NCBI RefSeq assembly: GCF_001194135.2
Contig: NC_068984.1
Coordinates: 91,769,222-91,817,641 of the forward strand
Length of the DNA: 48,420 bases
Source: Octopus bimaculoides
Taxonomy: Eukaryota
Direction: 5' to 3'
A program made the position numbers and the translations under genes. The stretch's first letter is position 1; every line of letters begins with the position of its first letter. Shown here piece after piece: positions 11,990-23,488 of the stretch. The notes beneath the pieces are model-generated. The model was not told the DNA's origin and made no database searches. It saw only the letters and a list, made by a program, of their open reading frames with translations.

Positions 11990-12480
11990 ATTTCTTTCAG
12001 ACCCCGGCAACCCAATTGATGAAGCGATTTAATGACAACGTGTACACCAGTTTTCTTTTCTTATCTACCCAACGCACACATTTGTGTTTTTCTGAGTTTT
12101 TCATTCGTTTATACGATTTGTATTACTTTATTGTTTTTCCTTTACCCATTTAACCTTTTCTTGTGTTTTTATTCCAATGGCCCACTTTTTGTATCTGTTG
12201 CCTTGACTTCTTAAACCTCTCAAGTTTAACTGCGATACATTCGTTTGCATATATTGTTTATATCTTTTTTTTTCAATTATTTGTGTAATTACTATTTCTT
12301 TTTTCTTTTCTTTCTATCATTGGTTGATGCATGAATTATGTAAATACATAAGAGTAAAATTGCTTCTATAAACTGAATTTCAACATACCACTTGCTGATG
12401 TGGTTGACGATCGATATAATAAGTACTAATAATTGCTTATCGACAATTGAAACGATTGAAATTAAATTATTGAAATACTA
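11990..12480 (+). mobile_element. Penelope-like element 3' end/pseudo-LTR with degenerate hammerhead
   Basis: FSDPGNP ORF-end remnant; homology to 5640-5800; CTGATG-T...GTTGACGAT/ATCGACAAT...GAAAC at 12395-12453. Confidence 0.5.
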
Positions 12481-12504
12481 TTTGCGGCTGGTCCGTCCGT
12501 CCGT

Positions 12505-12512
12505 CAAACCGT

Positions 12513-12580
<68 letters not shown>
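12505..12580. repeat. (TATC)n microsatellite
   Basis: Direct inspection. Confidence 0.95.
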
Positions 12581-12581
<1 letters not shown>

Positions 12582-12970
12582 AACCAACCCGAGTATCTGT
12601 GAAAATGAATGATAATTGTCGGTTAGCTGCTAAATATAACATGGAATTATTCTGCTTTGAGCTTCGAAATCTGATAGCTAACGTTATCTATAACCATTAA
12701 CAAAGTAGCAATGGAAACCAAACGTACTTCTCTACTTGATAAAGGACAAGTCTCAACTCAACTAGTATTTCAGTAAATTCTTTGACTGATTTTAACAGAG
12801 TTGATGTTATGACACCATAACACAATCCAATCTCCTTTATAAATTATCAAAGCTATATGCGTTTGTTACGCAATCTTAAGATTTGTTAATGTAATTTGTT
12901 TAGAAAGATTTTTCTTATATAACGATTATATTGTTAATGAAATATGTGTAAAAGGAAACGACTAAATTAT

Positions 12971-13262
12971 CTATAAACTCTCCAGTTTTGTTCTCTTTGT
13001 TTTGGTTGTTTTAGTATTTGGACTGTAGATATATCGTCTAGAGTAACAGCTCTGTAAGAAAGAGTCTTACAAGAATTTACATCGATTTAAACTGGTAAAC
13101 AGACACATATACACATACATCTGTGTGTGGTTGTGTCTTTTAATACATTATTATATTACCCGTAGCTTGCAATCAATGTTGCTATTCTGTCTCTTCTTTT
13201 ATGAAGATTAAGAAGAATATCTAAATGGTTGCTATCATTAAATGTAATGATACCAGCTTGTG
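12971..13262 (-). pseudogene. Decayed VWA-domain exon paralogous to 22149-22712
   Basis: 13207-13257 matches 22519-22569 at 42/51 nt (AGIITFNDSNHLDILLN vs VGIITFSDTAHLDIPLN); collinear LDDIS vs TDGLS and NTKTTKTKRTKLESL vs DTKATKEEAEKLHSL; stops and a frameshift. Confidence 0.7.
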
Positions 13263-13674
13263 CTATGCAACCAACATATCAGTTTGGCGTGCTGGTTGCA
13301 TGGATGACGGAGAAAGCGTACATTCTTTAGTAACATCAGTGCAACTTGGCATCACTTGAAGAAGTGATACCGTCGGTAGTTGCCGCAAACGTTGTGATCA
13401 CTATTTGGCTGTTGAAGAGAGTGTCCCACAGTTTGATGGCATTTAGTCTATAAAGGGTTAGCTCTGTAAACGCAAATGACTAAAGTGCTAGTCGGTAATA
13501 GCTCAGAATGGCTACAATCTACATGCTAAAACCACTAATCACAGAGTTAGAATGAATAAAAACAATTCCCCTAATAAATGTGAAAATTTGTATTGCTTAT
13601 TAACCTAATTATATTAAATTCTTACTGCAATTTAATTAATATCATACCATTATATTTATCAAATTAATCAGTAA

Positions 13675-14849
13675 TCTATATAATACTAAAAGTCTGTGAT
13701 TGCTTGCTTGCGTGCTTGTCTGTAATTTAATACACCCAAACCGGTGCATAATGGGAAAATACTCTGAAAGTAAGGTACCACAAGAATGTGAATACAAACA
13801 GAAATAAAAAAACAAGTTTCGCGTAAATCGGACCATATCGGAGATACGCGTTTTTTTTTGTTTCTTTCCACAAATTTAAGCCGTGAAACCTGGAGTTATT
13901 GCCCTTTACTGTGAACACTTGGATAGTTTTGTTTGCGTGCTTGCTTGCGTGCGTACTTGTCTGTAATTTAATACAGCCAAACCGGTGCATAATTGGAAAA
14001 TACTCTGAAAGTAAGATGCCCCTGAAATGGGAATACAAACGGAATAAGACAAGTTTCGCGTAAATCGGACCACGGGTTCCCGAGATACGCGTTTTTTTTT
14101 AAAGCATTAGCACGTTACAAGGTCCTCAGACCACTGAAAACGTAAGAGCTACTAGAATAGAATGGACGCTAGACAGAAGTTAATAGGCGACGATATACAT
14201 TAGACTTAAAAGACTGGAGGTCATATTAAAGAGGAAAACAAAACTGTGGAAGAGAATTCCAAATTTCAGAGGTGCAAGGGAAGAAACTAGTACTGTAAAG
14301 TGCTTTATGACACTTAGGAGGTTGCACAGTGTACTGATGAGAACTGGATGTAAGTCTAGTTGATCGTTGATAAGTTCTTAAAGGAGAAACGAGAGAAGAG
14401 AGCTCAGCTGAACAATGTCGATGAAAATACTTATAGAAAAGAGACAAGGAAACCACACAACGACGATGAGAGAGTGAATCCAATTTAGAAGATAGATCAG
14501 GACCAATAGCATTACAAATACGGCTTTGAATGCGGTCCAACAGAGTTAAACAATCCGCAGGAGTACCTGCCCATATGTGACAACAGTACTCAATTCAGGG
14601 GTGAATGAGTACCTTTTCGGGTACCTTTATGATTACCTGCTTGTGTTCTTGCTTGCGTGCGTGCTTGCATATAATTTAATACAGCCAAACCGGCGCATAA
14701 TGGGAAAAATGCTTTGAAAGTAAGATACCGTTGAAATGTGAATACAAACGGAATAAAACAAATTTTGCGGGAATCGGATCACGGGTTCTCGAAGTATGCG
14801 GCTTTTTCGGGTTTCTTGAACTATTGGTGACCCAACGGGTTACGGCTAG
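13675..14849 (+). mobile_element. Non-autonomous Helitron with internal tandem repeats and a nested LINE fragment
   Basis: A|TC 5' end (13675); hairpin GTGACCC-AAC-GGGTTAC (14827-14843) followed by CTAG|T; three roughly 170-bp internal units at about 13694, 13930 and 14635. Confidence 0.75.
14093..14630 (-). mobile_element. Non-LTR retrotransposon 3' end (CR1/L2/Jockey-group post-RT region)
   Basis: LDRIQSRICNAIG...LSHRRCVVSLSLFYKYF...SFFPCTSEIWNSLP; poly(A) appears as the T-run at 14093-14100. Confidence 0.8.
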
Positions 14850-14984
14850 TCTAGTTAATTACTTAAAAATTTGTAGTACCATAGGATATATTTAAATCAT
14901 ATACAGTATTGCATTAGAGTCACGCACACACACACACACACACACGTCCACACGTGTGTGTGCAGGTATAACTTAAAATCGCTA

Positions 14985-15860
14985 TCGGCACTAACCCTAA
15001 CTTGAGCTAACTTTTTAGATGTTTCCTTAGACCTCAAAACTAATTACCATAAACTCTTCTATAAAACTACCGAGAACCTTAAATACATCAATAAACACTT
15101 CTGTTAGCCACCTATTGTTTCTAAAGAAATATTCGAAAAGTCTGCCCCATATTATAACAAGGTTCTACAGAACAGTGGCTTTATTGATAAAGTCTTTTAC
15201 AACTCCTACACCTCCTCTATCATATAGTCGTAAGAATAAGTCCCGGAAAGTTTTATGGCTCGCCCACTTTCTCCTTTAGTGATCGGACAAGTATAAGTAA
15301 AAAACTTCTTGCATTTAGTAGATATTCACTTTCCTAGAACCAATAGACACAACAGACACACGATTAAAATTATCTTTTCTTGCCCTACCCACCAATGTTA
15401 AGTCATATATCAATAAGCGACAGACGACTCAAGCATGCCCTGGATGCTCATGTAGAGACAAATCTAAATGTCCTCTAAGGTAGAAATGCGATATATCTTC
15501 CGTTGTTTATGAAGTACAGGTACCGGCGAACTATGGCAATGGTCGAACAGAAATGGCAATAGCTATATCGGAGCAGTAGAAGGAAAATTTAAATCCGGAT
15601 ATAACAGTCTTTCGAATTTTAGACACCATAATAAGAGACATTCAACTACCCTTTCGTCTTTAATCTGGAAGCTTATAAACTAAGAGACCAACTACGATAT
15701 CAAATGGAAAATCCTTTCCAAAACCAGAGCTTATATTAAAGGTTCCAAAAGATGTTCAATATGTTCTCTTGAAAAACTATATCTTTTAAAGAATCCGAGA
15801 GCCTCAAATGACTACATAAATTCCAGGAACGAGATTTTTTCTGCATTTTAAAATTCTTTT
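14985..15860 (+). mobile_element. Penelope-like element fragment (RT thumb to GIY-YIG end)
   Basis: NFLDVSLDL, SAPYYNKVLQNSGF, NFLHLVDIHFP, YIGAVEGKFK, KWKILSKTRAY, CSICSLEKLYLL...NSRNEIFS across frames. Confidence 0.8.
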
Positions 15861-15985
15861 ATGTATGTATGTATGTATGTATGTATGTATGTATGTATGT
15901 AGGTAGGTAGGTAGATAGATATGTATGTATGTATGTGTGTATGTGTGTGCGCGTGTGAGTATGTGTGTATATGTGTGTGTATACA
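15860..15985. repeat. (TATG)n/(TAGG)/(TG)n microsatellite
   Basis: Direct inspection. Confidence 0.95.
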
Positions 15986-16549
15986 TTTTGGCGGGATTTA
16001 AAAATAGGCCATCAGACATCTTAATAATACTAAAACTCTAGGGATGTTTGTCTGTACGCGAAATATCTCAGAAATAGTATCTTAATAGTATTTTATCTTA
16101 ATTTTTATTGCATATTTATTTTTGTACTTACCTTCGGCAGTGCAGTACAAATTTTTGTGACATTTGGACCTCTATTTATTAATTTATAACACAATTTTTG
16201 TTCGTTATTTCTTGACCCCCCCCCCAGCTTCCATGACGTCAACACACATACACATATATAGAATACACACACATCTAATGAATGTTATGGCGTGTCAATC
16301 AACACAAACACACGTCCGCTATCTGTGACATATACACACACATAGTCTTCGCGCTCGCTAAGAAAAAAAAATACGTCGACTTTTTGACGTACACAATATT
16401 TTAATCATTTAGAAATATTTTTAATTGAATATGATTTCAAAAATATAAATTGTTTGTACAGTAAGTATATATATTTTAGCTTTCTTTAAACAGACAAAAT
16501 TTCAATGTTTTTTTTGATTATTTAATTATTTTCAAGTCGCTAATTTCCG

Positions 16550-17404
16550 TAAAAATTTTTTACGGAAATTAACGAACAAAATCAACTGATCTGGGTGACA
16601 GTTCTGAGATTCAAAGTGAAAGATCGCCCCAATGGAATACCATCACAAATTTTTTTTCGAGTGCATTTAATGTATATCAGCTCCAAAGATTTGGCTGCTA
16701 TTTCTAGCACGCCCTGCTACCACGTAACAGCTATTTGCGATAAAGGACCCGAAATACCTANNNNNNNNNNNNNNNNNNNNNNNNNNNNNNNNNNNNNNNN
16801 NNNNNNNNNNNNNNNNNNNNNNNNNNNNNNNNNNNNNNNNNNNNNNNNNNNNNNNNNNNNNNNNNNNNNNNNNNNNNNNNNNNNNNNNNNNNNNNNNNNN
16901 NNNNNNNNNNNNNNNNNNNNNNNNNNNNNNNNNNNNNNNNNNNNNNNNNNNNNNNNNNNNNNNNNNNNNNNNNNNNNNNNNNNNNNNNNNNNNNNNNNNN
17001 NNNNNNNNNNNNNNNNNNNNNNNNNNNNNNNNNNNNNATAGAGAGAGAGAGGGAGTGAGTGAGTGAACGTGTTTGTTCTCATGTATGTGTAAGTGGCACT
17101 CTGTATCTCTCTTCACACACACGTCCATTTCATATACACTTTCATACATCTTTCATTTTTTCTCTCTTTCACCTTAAAACAAAAGTAAATAAATAAAAAT
17201 TTTTTACGGAAATTAACGAACAAAATCAACTGATCTGGGTGACAGTTCTGAGATTCAAAGTGAAAGATCGCCCCAATGGAATACCATCACAAATTTTTTT
17301 TCGAGTGCATTTAATGTATATCAGCTCCAAAGATTTGGCTGCTATTTCTAGCACGCCCTGCTACCACGTAACAGCTATTTGCGATAAAGGACCCGAAATA
17401 CCTA
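16550..17404 (+). repeat. 211-bp direct duplication (16550-16760 and 17194-17404) on either side of a gap
   Basis: Two copies of taaaaattttttacggaaattaacgaac...gaaataccta that appear identical; offset 644 bp. Confidence 0.9.
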
Positions 17405-18617
17405 TTGCATGGTAGCAGGACGTGCAAGAAATAGCAACCAAATCTTTCTTTTCCGGGGAAAGGAGTCGTTTACGCGTGATTTTTATGTCACATTCGTTGA
17501 AAGCATGAAGGCCCGTGAAGCAAAACTCCGTTGCTGGGAAACTCAGACTTTCCAGGTGATCCAACGGGGCACGGGTAGTCTAGTTGTAAACCATTTAAAA
17601 TCTTGTTTACGTCTTTTGACATTTGTTTATTTTAACGTTGGTTATCTTCCTTGTGTTTTCTTTTTGTCTTCTTCCTTACGAGCAGCGCACCTTATTTAAA
17701 TGCAATTAACAAACGGTCTTGTTCTCAGCTTGAAAAATAGTGAAATAAACTAATGCTTCGTCATGGCAATCTTGGGTAGATGTATTTCACAATACTTGTG
17801 GCTTTTATATAACATTATATATGTTATAGACATCTTATAAAGTAATAAAGTTGAATATTAATTCTATTCAATCTCCTTTAACACAAAGAAAAAGCCTATT
17901 TGAACATTCAAATATATTTTGACCTAATTTAATATATATAAAGCTCCCCATTTTGCCCTGGAATTGCTGTTAACCTGAGGTCAGCATAGAAATAAACTTT
18001 GTAGCTATTTCAGATTTCAACATATCTTCCATCATTTCCCTTTGTATCTTAAACAGGGTAGAATAAGGAAATTAACTAGCTACGAATAGATAAATAAACT
18101 AACTCAGTTCACTTCGAACCGCGCTTCTAGAAAGACCCTGAATGAAAGTGCACAGCTGATTATGCTGGGTTGCATACGCAACTGCACATACTCTGTGCAG
18201 CAAAAACGTGCGTCGGTTATTTTAACCAACTAATTATGTCGTATGACAAACTGTACAATTAAAAGAAAAGTTTGAAAATATACCAGTCTCCGTATTCTTT
18301 CTAATTGTTTGAAATTTACACTCCAGATAATATTCATATATATACTCAGGCCTATTCCCCAATTTTTAGGAGGGGATAGCCACAACAAGACACACACCAG
18401 GCATTCCATTCATTCCCCAGCTCGTTAATCCAACAAAACAAACCCGGAATTACTCATCCCCGGAATTACAACGGAATTATCAGAAGAATTACAGGTCATA
18501 CAAAGCAATCATTGATGTTTATTACTACTTGATGCGGTTGGCCGAAACCTGGAATATACCTGAGAGATATTACAGTACTTGCCTGCATAATTTATCCCTA
18601 TAAACACACCGTATATA

Positions 18618-20152
18618 CAGCCTTGGTCAAAAGTTTTAGACAACACCAGTGTTTTGGGGTTCTGCAATCTCAATGTTAATGAAACTCGTGCACTTGATAG
18701 ATTATGGTATATTTCATAATATACATTAGTTTTAATATCTGATCGACCCTCCTTTAGCATCACTTACCGCTTTTATACGGTTAGGCATTGAATCAACTAG
18801 TTTCTTGCAGGTGCTAGGCGCAATTTCACTCCATTCTTCTCTCAACTTTTGGTGCAAATGCTCTTTATTTTTAATTGTTTCTGATAGCTTCACCAAGAGT
18901 TCCCCATAGGTATTCGATTGGATTTAGATCGGGATTTTGAGCTGGCCAGTCCATGGGAATGATACCCTGTGTCTCCAACCATTGACGAGTATTCTTTGAT
19001 GTATGCCATGGAGCGTTTTCCTGTTGAAAGATAACACTGTTTTTCGACACTCTTAGATGCAATTTAGCAATTGATGGCTCTAAAACATCCGATAACATAG
19101 AAACGTAAGTAGCTGAATTCATCCTTCCCTGACATAAAAACATTTCTCCGGGTCCTGTAGCAGACATGCAGGCCTACAACATAATAGAACAACCCCAGTG
19201 TTTTACGGTCGGTACCAGACATTCAGCCTTAAATGCTTCCCCGACTCTGCGACGCACGAAAGTTGCACCAGATGTACCGAAAACCTGAGTAAAATCATGA
19301 AAAATAATATTGGCTTTATGTTGGATACTTTTTAAAATATATTTTGGGTAACAAACCAGTTACATTAAGTTTATATGCTGATTGAATACATATACTATCT
19401 CACCTAATAATTACTTTCATCAGACCATATGACTTTCGACCATTGCTCACTGGTCCAATTTGAGTGGTTTTTGGCCCACGAAGACGTTTTTCCATATTCG
19501 CTTCAGAAACCCATGGTTTCTTCCTGGCTTTACAGCCTTTCAGGCCGTACTCTACGAGCCTTCTTCTAACAGTTCTGGTTGATTTTGTGAAGTACTTGCT
19601 TCGTTGAAGTCCGCACAGAGCTCCGACGACGTTTTTCTCCTGTTTTTGAGCGACTGACGGATGATGGATCTGTCATCACGAAGTGATGTAATCTCTTTTC
19701 TACCTGTTTTTTGTATTGTCTTCGCATCTTTCGTCTCGCTTAAGCGCTTGAGAGTCGTTTGCACCGCACATCGAAAACATTTGATCTTCTGAGCAAGTTA
19801 CCTTTGAGACATTCCATCTTCATGATGAGCTACGATTTGACCTCGCTTATACTCACTCAACTCCCTTGTTTTAGGTATTTTACTGTTTATTAACTGTATC
19901 TACAACGTATTTTAGTATTAAACTCTGAAATAATCAAGGAAACATAAGTAAATTTTGGACGCTGGTCTTACTCATAATTAGTTGCATACGTACCAAACAG
20001 TATAAAAGCGGTAATTGATGCTAAAGGAAGGTCAACCAGATATATAATGTATATTGTGAAATATACCATGATCTATCAAGTGCACGAGTTTCATTAACAT
20101 TGAGATAACAGAACCCCAAAACATTGGGGTGGCCTAATACTTTTGGCCAAGG

Positions 20153-20155
<3 letters not shown>
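18618..20155 (-). mobile_element. Tc1-family transposon, full length, intron-containing transposase pseudogene, about 160-bp TIRs
   Basis: TA|CAGCCTTGG(T/C)CAAAAGT ends; LSEYKRGQIV, WSDES, QQENAP, WPAQNPDLNPIE; GT-AG intron 19285-19403. Confidence 0.92.
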
Positions 20156-20203
<48 letters not shown>

Positions 20204-20256
20204 CATGTATGTGCATATATATATATATCCATCCATCCATCCATCCATCCATCCAT

Positions 20257-20355
<99 letters not shown>
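20156..20355. repeat. (TA)n(TATG)(CCAT)n(CATA)n(CA)n compound microsatellite
   Basis: Direct inspection. Confidence 0.95.
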
Positions 20356-21149
20356 CGTTTATCAATTTGTGTTGCAAGATTCTTGATGTAAAATCGTGTG
20401 TTGAAACAGATATTTTTCGATTTCGGGATGGTCTTTTTTTTTTGCCAAATAAACACACGCACTATATATTAATTCTTCACTCGTTTATATAGAAAGGGTA
20501 TGGATGCAAACAACATACGAAACGAACCCATACTCACATACAAACACGCACACAATAATTTCGCGGATGGCCGCAACAGTATCAACAACACGACTAACAA
20601 CGACGTCAGCAGCGGCGGTGACCACGATGGCAATAACAACATAAATAACTACCACGATGGCAACACCGTGGGTGAACACAGATGCACAGAGAGATACAGG
20701 AACTGTACCAAATTACGGGGTCCTAGAACAGTAGCAGTACAATGGGGTGAGAGGATGGGGATGAGGGGAAGGCCATACTGCTGTTAAGAACAATGAGACA
20801 CACACAAGAATACACATATACACATGCACACACATACACACAAACACGGATGCAAATGCATTCGCACATAAGGATACACATCATAGAAGAACAGAATGGA
20901 GTAAGTGGAGCAAGAGCACACACGAAAACGAAAAGTGTCACTGAAGAGGTCACAGGTGTGTAACGAAAGATTTCCAGACAATGGACATGACTTAAAATAA
21001 GAACAGAAATAAAAGAGTGAAGAAAAAATATATAGTGCGTGCATGTATTTGGCCCAAAAGATGACCATCNNNNNNNNNNATATTATGCATACACCCAAAT
21101 ACATGCATGTCTCTAAGTGTCTCTGTGTGTGTCTGTGTATACAAACACA

Positions 21150-21215
21150 CATACATGTATACATACATGCATACATACATACATACATACATACATACAT
21201 ACATACATACATACA

Positions 21216-21249
<34 letters not shown>

Positions 21250-21262
21250 CGTACATACATAC
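21150..21262. repeat. (CATA)n microsatellite
   Basis: Direct inspection. Confidence 0.95.
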
Positions 21263-21316
21263 ACTCGCGATTTATCGAATTTCAACAAGAAACTTAGTGA
21301 TACACTATAAAACTTT

Positions 21317-21978
21317 TAATCAGAACCAGAGATAAGGAAAACCATGATGATCCTGTGGAGGACATTCGTCCTCAGCCGCCTAGATTACTGCTCACAGCTA
21401 TGGTCACCCACCAGTGTGAAATTATCAGCGGACCTTGAAGCAATCCAGAGAAGATTCACAAAGAAGATTGTCTCTTTGCAACTTCTCAGCTACTGGTAAA
21501 AGCTGAAACAGCTAAGACTCTACTCCTTGCAGAGAAGGCGGGAGAGGTATGTAGTAATATACATCTGGAAGATCCTGGAAGGAATTGTGCTAAATTTTGC
21601 CATTGAAAGCTACACCAATGCCAAAACGGGACGACACTGCATAGTGCCAAAAATCCCAGCAATACCATCGCGCTTCAGGACCAGTTACTGCAACAGTTTG
21701 GGTTTCAGGGGCTCACAGCTTTTTAATATTCTCCCAATGAGCCTGAGGAACCTGCACAAAGTAGATGTAGGGGTTTTTAAATCAAAGCTGGACCTCTTCC
21801 TGTCGAGAGTCCCAGATGAACCTACCTCACGGCAAGAGGTGCAAATGAGGGTAGCTACATCAAACTCCATTCTTCACCAAGCGCCACATATTGGAGGAGG
21901 TTCCTCAGTAATAACAGTGTAGCAACACGGCGGTGCATCAGCATGGCCGCAGCTCTGAGCTGAAACTATAGAAAAAAA
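21317..21978 (+). mobile_element. 5'-truncated CR1-group LINE 3' end, same subfamily as 1-760
   Basis: QRRRERYVVIYIWKILEG...FKSKLDLFLSRVPDEP; ends ctgaaactatagaaaaaaa. Confidence 0.88.
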
Positions 21979-22148
21979 TCATAATAAAATTGCTTTTAAT
22001 TTCAAATATCTTCAACAACTCAGTAGTATTGTAATTTTTTTTATCTAAGATGCTGTTCTGATGAACAACTATTCACAAAATTCTGATTATTTTTGTCAAG
22101 CTGAAATATCATCATTCACAAATAAATCAAGATAGCTCCAATACTGAC

Positions 22149-22712
22149 CTTTACATGGTTGAATATGAAAGTTGTGGGCAATTTCTTCCAAAGCCGAATA
22201 ACTTACAACTTGATATACTCCAAGGATTGCATCGCTAGCAATTGATTTTAATTCTTCAATTTCATAGCGGTTCCCAACACCAATTGCATAAACATTCACA
22301 CCAAGAGAATGTAACTTTTCTGCCTCTTCTTTTGTAGCTTTTGTATCACGTGATAGCCCGTCTGTAATGACAATCGCTACAATTGGGCCATCGTGTCCCT
22401 TTGGATCGGAAATAATTTCTCTTCGAAGTAGATTTAATGCAGCAGCTGTATTTGTTAGTCCAGTACGGTATGGAATTTGAGAAATGGCTTCCTTCAAAGT
22501 AGCAATGGCAGTGTAACGATTTAGAGGAATATCTAAATGGGCGGTGTCACTAAATGTGATGATACCAACTCGAACTTGCGATTGCCCAGTGCCAATATCA
22601 AAAGTATCGACCACATTGCTCACAAATTGCAGTAATTCTTTGTAATCTTGAATCCATATGCTACTTGAGGAATCTAACAAGAAATATATGTCTGCAGCCT
22701 TGCTGGAACAGC
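22149..22712 (-). CDS. Internal exon encoding one complete VWA domain (collagen VI/matrilin-like extracellular protein)
   Basis: Acceptor ctttccAG|GC TGT and donor AAA G|GTcagt; 564 nt, phase 1-1, open frame; ADIYFLLDSSSS (DxSxS), GLTNT, AIVITDG, VYAIGVG, ELKSIAS motifs. Confidence 0.93.
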
Positions 22713-23364
22713 CTGGAAAGATAGATTTAGTAAAGCATTCTTTTATATCAAAGTCAATTTGAAAGGATAGAAAATGAATGCAAAGTAATTATTGAACCTC
22801 GATTTAAACAAGAGAATGAAGTCATATAAAATCGCAAACATGTAGCCCTTTATAATTTAGAAAGTTATGAATAGAGAATTATAGTGACACTATTTCATAG
22901 TTATATATTTAACATGCTCGTTATTCATGGAAACCTATAAAATGTTCATGAAATACAAATAAAATTGTATGCAATTATGGAAACTTCCTCAGAATAGACA
23001 AATGCATTACAAAATTAGAAATCAAAAACAGAAAATTTCATGTTCAGCATCTGATTCCATTCATCTGTGAATACAAAATTTAACAGTAGCTAAGTATAAT
23101 ATTTCACTTATATAATAAGTAAAAAGGGATAGAAATATTTTGTGCAGGCAGTTGTTGCACAGTAAATCCTTTATGGTAAACATATCGAAAGAAAATTTCC
23201 TTGAGTGATAAATTCCATGCAACGTATCTTAATCACCAGTAAACACATGTCAAGGCAAATTTTATTGTAACATTATATAATTTAAGAATTAAACGCGTCC
23301 CATTAGAATGAATTTTGACGAAATTGCTAACAGTGGTTAGGATAAATTTTTTTATAACTACAAG

Positions 23365-23384
<20 letters not shown>

Positions 23385-23428
<44 letters not shown>

Positions 23429-23438
23429 CATACATACA

Positions 23439-23469
<31 letters not shown>

Positions 23470-23480
23470 GTATGTATGTT
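23385..23480. repeat. (CA)n(CATA)n microsatellite
   Basis: Direct inspection. Confidence 0.95.
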
Positions 23481-23488
23481 TATAAGTA

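Noticed and set aside
12690-12800. LKS...YQV...C pattern as the 3' end of the VWA pseudo-exon
   Set aside because: About 130 nt out of register with the collinear blocks and spacing is wrong; probably chance
13265-13300. ATGCAACCA...TGGTTGCAT inverted repeat
   Set aside because: Only 9 bp with a long spacer; chance cannot be excluded and no function is evident
14990-15002. CTAACCCTAAC telomere-like repeat at the PLE start
   Set aside because: Fewer than two units and lies within degraded PLE coding sequence just before NFLDV
18290-18600. Possible LINE endonuclease remnant (LGGDSHNKTH)
   Set aside because: Single weak motif, too degraded to support a call
20021-20492. Long ORFs rich in CV/HT/YI dipeptides (also near 9545-10130, 20784-21335, 24382-24708, 47063-47783)
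   Set aside because: Translations of microsatellites
23020-23075. Good-looking minus-strand acceptor (ttttgtattcacAG)
   Set aside because: Frames close quickly and no suitable donor follows
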